A stretch of 64,000 nt of DNA from Chrysomallon squamiferum. Lineage: Eukaryota > Animalia > Mollusca. Both the position numbers and the translations under genes were made by a program. This document shows, piece by piece, positions 59,550 through 64,000 of this stretch. Numbering within the stretch: position 1 is the stretch's first letter; the number at the start of each line of letters is the position of its first letter. The stretch spans positions 15,934,001 to 15,998,000 of the forward strand of contig CM022674.1 of NCBI GenBank assembly GCA_012295275.1, written 5' to 3'. The notes beneath the pieces are model-generated. The model made no database searches and had not been told where the DNA came from. It saw nothing but the letters and a program-made list of their open reading frames with translations.

Positions 59550-61741
59550 TAATAACAACAGTGATGATGATGATGATGATAATAATAATAGATTAAAACT
59601 TGTGTTATCATTGCAGAAGGCGGTGAAACAATATACTACTGTGAATATGACTATTACGTTATGCTGCCCGGCGAATATGTTAAACTGGAGAATAAATGTT
59701 TAGACTGCTACTGCAGAGACGGTTTACTTTCTTGCTGTAGGTATGTACTGTCTTGCACTGATGTTTAATGTTTAATGGACAATATAAAGCTGTTTCCCTT
59801 GTTGTTTCTGCTGCATATGATGATGTTGACGATGATGGTTACAGTTTCAAAATTTCCAATAGTCAGTCTCTCTCTCTCTCGTGGTCAATTAATAAGTCAA
59901 TTAGTAACAGTGGATATAACGTTGTGTAGTTAGTAGTGGTGAGTAGTATTAGTAACAGTAGTTAGTAATAATAATAGTGGTAATAGTAAATATAAGTAGT
60001 AATAATAATAATAAAAAAAGTCGGTGAAACAATATACTACTGTGAATATGACTATTACGTTATGCTGCCCGGCGTGGAATTTGTTAAACTGGAGAATCAA
60101 AATGTTTAGACTGCTACTGCAGAGACGGTTTCCTTTCTTGCAGTGTAGTATGTACTGTCTTGCACTGATGTTTAATGAAACCATTTTTGGACAATATAAA
60201 GCTGTTTCCGTTGTTATTTCTGCTGTATATGATGATGTTGACGATGATGGTTACAGTTTCAAAATGTACAATAGTCAGTCTAGTGGTCTCTCTCTCTCTC
60301 TCTCTCTCTCTCAGTGGATAGCAGTGGTCTCTCTAACGTGGTATAAATTACTATCTCAACGTAACTGTTGTAGTATTAACAAGTAGTGTATGTAACAGTC
60401 TCAGTGGTCAATTATTAGTAACTGGTCAAGTAATTAGTACAGTAATAGTAGTGGATAGTGGTCAACTTGTTAGTAGTGGTCAAAGTAGTACATACAGTGG
60501 ATAGTAGTGGTCAACTCGTAGCATTAAAAGTAGTGGTCAACTCGTATAGTATTAGTAACAGTGATAGTAGTGGTCATTTCGTAGTAGTATTATAACAGTG
60601 GATAGTAGTGGTCAATAATAGTAGTAGTATTAGTAACTAGTGGATAGTTCGTAGTAGTATTAGTAACAGTGGATAGTAGTGGTCAACTCAGTGGATAGTA
60701 GTAGTAGTATTAGTAACAGTGGATAGTAGTGGTCAAGTGGTAGTAACAGTGGTAGTAGTGGTCAAGTATTAGTAACAGTGGATAGTAGTGGTCAACTCGT
60801 AGTAGTAGTGGATAGTAGTGGTCAACTCGTAGTAGTAGTAACAGTGGATAGTAGTGGTCAACTCGTAGTAGTATTAGTAACAGTGGATAGTAGTGGTCAA
60901 CTCGTAGTAGTATTAGTAACAGTGGATAACAAGTGGTATTAGTAACAGTAGTGGTCAACTCGTAGTAGTATTAGTGGATAGTCAACTCGTTGTAGTATTA
61001 GTAACAGTGGATAGTAGTGGTCAACTCGTTGTAGTATTAGTAGTGGATAGTAGTGGTCAAACAGTGGATAGTAGTGGTCAACTCGTAGTATTAGTAACAG
61101 TGGATAGTAGTGGTCAACTCGTAGTAGTAGTAGTGGATAGTAGTGGTCAACTCGTTATTAGTAACAGTGGATAGTAGTGGTCAACTCGTAGTAGTATTAG
61201 TAACAGTGGATAGTAGTGGTCAACTCGTAGTAGTATTAGTAACAGTGGATAGTAGTGGTCAACTCGTAGTAGTATTAGTAACAGTGGATAGTAGTGGTCA
61301 ACTCGTAGTAGTATTAGTAACAGTGGATAGTAGTGGTCAACTCGTAGTAAATATATTAGTAACAGTGGTTAGTAGTGGTCAACGTCGCAGTAGTATTAGT
61401 AACAGTAATTAGTAGTGGTCAACTCGTAGTAGTATTAGTAACAGTGGATAGTAGTGGTCAACTCGTAGTAGTATTAGTAACGATGGTTAATAGTGGTGAA
61501 CTCGTAGTAGTATTAGTAACAGTGGTTAGTAGTGGTCAAGTCGTAGTAGTAATATAGTAATAAAAACAGTGATATGTTTGACACACTCAGGTATGGTTCG
61601 AGTGTGGGAATGGGCCCAATCGATGTACCAGAGGGATGTGTTATCAAGAAACATGGTTGTGACAGTTTGATTGTGAAAACTGACAATGAGTTACTGAACT
61701 GCTACACGGGAGAATACATTCACATTGTCCAGTGGAAGTAA
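58833..61741 (+). CDS. MSMB: Beta-microseminoprotein-like (MSMB/PSP94 family) secreted protein, 3 exons: 58833-58935, 59617-59740, 61591-61741; 125 aa
   Basis: Splicing at GT/AG sites (phases 1 and 2) gives a 378-nt open frame: MSHSYTRLFVFVLLRVAVTLDASCLVKSMDTFTTEGGETIYYCEYDYYVMLPGEYVKLENKCLDCYCRDGLLSCCRYGSSVGMGPIDVPEGCVIKKHGCDSLIVKTDNELLNCYTGEYIHIVQWK*. It has a hydrophobic signal peptide and exactly 10 Cys in the beta-MSP spacing (C..C..CxxCxC..CC..PxGC..C..C). Confidence 0.88.
58947..59119 (+). repeat. Inverted repeat, left arm (partner 62036-62175)
   Basis: aaacaacgctgaaatgacgacaactagctattgttagagcaatcaaacggctcatgtttgttggccttgtattttagtgatattggatttaatata...(TG)n is the reverse complement of 62036-62175 with very few mismatches. 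Confidence 0.92.
60021..60310 (+). pseudogene. Degenerate duplicate of beta-MSP exon 2 plus the start of intron 2
   Basis: Near-copy of ~59621-59880 (cggtgaaacaatatactactgtgaatatgac...). It has several small indels, no AG acceptor and a damaged donor. Confidence 0.8.
60400..61550 (+). repeat. 39-bp minisatellite in beta-MSP intron 2
   Basis: tagtagtggtcaactcgtagtagtattagtaacagtgga repeated; regular at 61150-61450 and scrambled at the 5' end. Confidence 0.92.
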
Positions 61742-62034
61742 GACTACAGCATTAATGTTTGTAATTCACGGAATTAAATTCGTCAACCCTCCACGAAATA
61801 TTAGTTTTCTGTCAGGAATTCTGTAGATTGAAATGTATCTATCTAACTGTCTGATGGTCTGTCTGTATATCTGTCTATCTAACTACTTATATCTCTGTGT
61901 ATGTTTATCTATCTCTCTGTCAGTCTGTCTGTGCGTTTCTATATCTCCATTCGTGTATGTCTCTAATTCTGTATATGTATTTTTATCTGTCTGTCTATCT
62001 ATCGATCAGTATGTCTATATATGTATATATAGGT

Positions 62035-62035
<1 letters not shown>

Positions 62036-62079
<44 letters not shown>

Positions 62080-62175
62080 TATATTAAATCCAATATCACT
62101 AAAATACAAGGCCAACAAACATGAACCGTTTGATTGCTCTAACAATAGCTAGTTGTCGTCATTTCAGCGTTGTTT
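62036..62175 (-). repeat. Inverted repeat, right arm (partner 58947-59119)
   Basis: (CA)n-cgtctatattaaatccaatatcactaaaatacaaggccaacaaacatgaaccgtttgattgctctaacaatagctagttgtcgtcatttcagcgttgttt. Confidence 0.92.
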
Positions 62176-62439
62176 GTACCCACACAACACATACACAGGC
62201 AGATTGGAGCGGCTAAATAAATATGTATATATCAGTGCAACAAAAAAAGCAAACATTTTTTGAAAACAAATGATGAAATTTGTGGTGATATCTTTCTTTT
62301 TTAATTACAAACATCTTATTATTATTATTATTATTATTATTTTTTTTTTTTTTTTTCATATTTTGTAATACAAAGTTATAAATCTAATTTAAAGAAAATA
62401 TAAATGAAACAAAAAACCCAAAGAAACAAAGAAAGAATG

Positions 62440-63080
<641 letters not shown>

Positions 63081-63518
63081 ATGAAGTTAGCATGCAGTTT
63101 TATTCCTATATATAGGTATATTATTTTTTCTTTCAAATGGAAGAATATTGTTTATATTTTAATAGATCTTCATGGATTTTTTTCTTAGTTACTCTGTATG
63201 GTGACCTTCTATGGTCATTTCCGTTTTGTCAATAACAGAAAATATATATATGTATATATATAGGTCGAACTTAATGAAAAAGTAGAATATATTGTTCATA
63301 TAAAGTTGTCGTTTTATTGACGGATGGGGAGTCACTCCAGTTTATAAGTAGGTGAGCGAAACAGACGTTTAAAAATTAAATAAAGTACGAAAGAGAGTAC
63401 AGAATGAAAAATGATGTTAAAAACACCCCTAATCGGTCGGATTATCCCATTGTATTTTAAACCGAGTATAAAAGCTCAGTTTATAAACTATGTCAAAAAA
63501 CTAAATAAAAATATAGCC

Positions 63519-63590
<72 letters not shown>

Positions 63591-63749
63591 TAGCTAAATG
63601 AAGTTCATATTTAGATGCCCTATATATAGATTTATTAATGTTATATGATAATAACTTATGTGTGTGATTACAAGCATCCCCAGCTTCATCACCCCCATCA
63701 TGTGTTGGTACACTAACCGTCTTTTTACATTGTAACTTCTGTTGCTTCG

Positions 63750-64000
63750 ACTTATTCTAATATTGTATTATAACGTTATCCAGTTGATTTTTCAGGTGTT
63801 TCGGAGGCGGTTAAATAATTGACAGGAGTCAAATTGATGTTGACTTTTGCTAGAGCATTACTGAAGTTAAGTCTGTCCTTTTCGTATTTAGGACAGTAGA
63901 AAAGATAGTGTCTGACGTTGTATAGTTTATGGAATGTGTCGCATTTGTCCATTAGCCTGTGTTGGAGTCTGTGTCTGAAGTCGTTTAGTCCAAAAGTTAC
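63750..64000 (-). mobile_element. LINE (I/Nimb-like) ORF2 C-terminal zinc-knuckle remnant, continuing beyond the window
   Basis: Minus frame GLNDFRHRLQHRLMDKCDTFHKLYNVRHYLFYCPKYEKDRLNF matches LN...........C..C.....V.H.L..CP.Y...R with one Cys lost. Confidence 0.6.

Noticed and set aside
60710-61557. VVVLVTVDSSGQL / RVDHYYPLLL repeat ORFs
   Set aside because: Translation of a 39-bp intronic minisatellite whose period is a multiple of 3.

Overview
AT-rich, microsatellite-dense animal genomic DNA with GT-AG introns and two 200-N scaffold gaps; a mollusc, possibly a cephalopod, is inferred only from composition and gene content. About 14.1 kb either side of the first gap are near-identical copies (~1740-15875 and ~16120-30233), most likely a haplotypic contig overlap rather than a real duplication. 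The ORF track is almost all noise, so genes were reconstructed by hand-splicing. One gene looks intact: a 3-exon, 125-aa secreted beta-microseminoprotein (10-Cys MSMB/PSP94 family) at 58833-61741(+). It has an inverted repeat bracketing exons 2-3, a duplicated exon 2 and nearby paralog remnants. The rest is largely decayed genes: a spliced CAMSAP/Patronin CH-domain pseudogene (-), a PAN/Apple + YWTD-propeller pseudogene, an intronless prolyl-4-hydroxylase fragment and weaker remnants. Mobile and repetitive DNA includes pogo/PHD, MULE, hAT-MITE and LINE fragments, and several satellites, one carrying telomere-like hexamers. A small spliced unit whose downstream exon is antisense to MEVD/PMDT-coding sequence (9.2-10.7 kb) may be a hairpin-RNA locus. 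All family calls are from motif recognition by eye; no searches were run.
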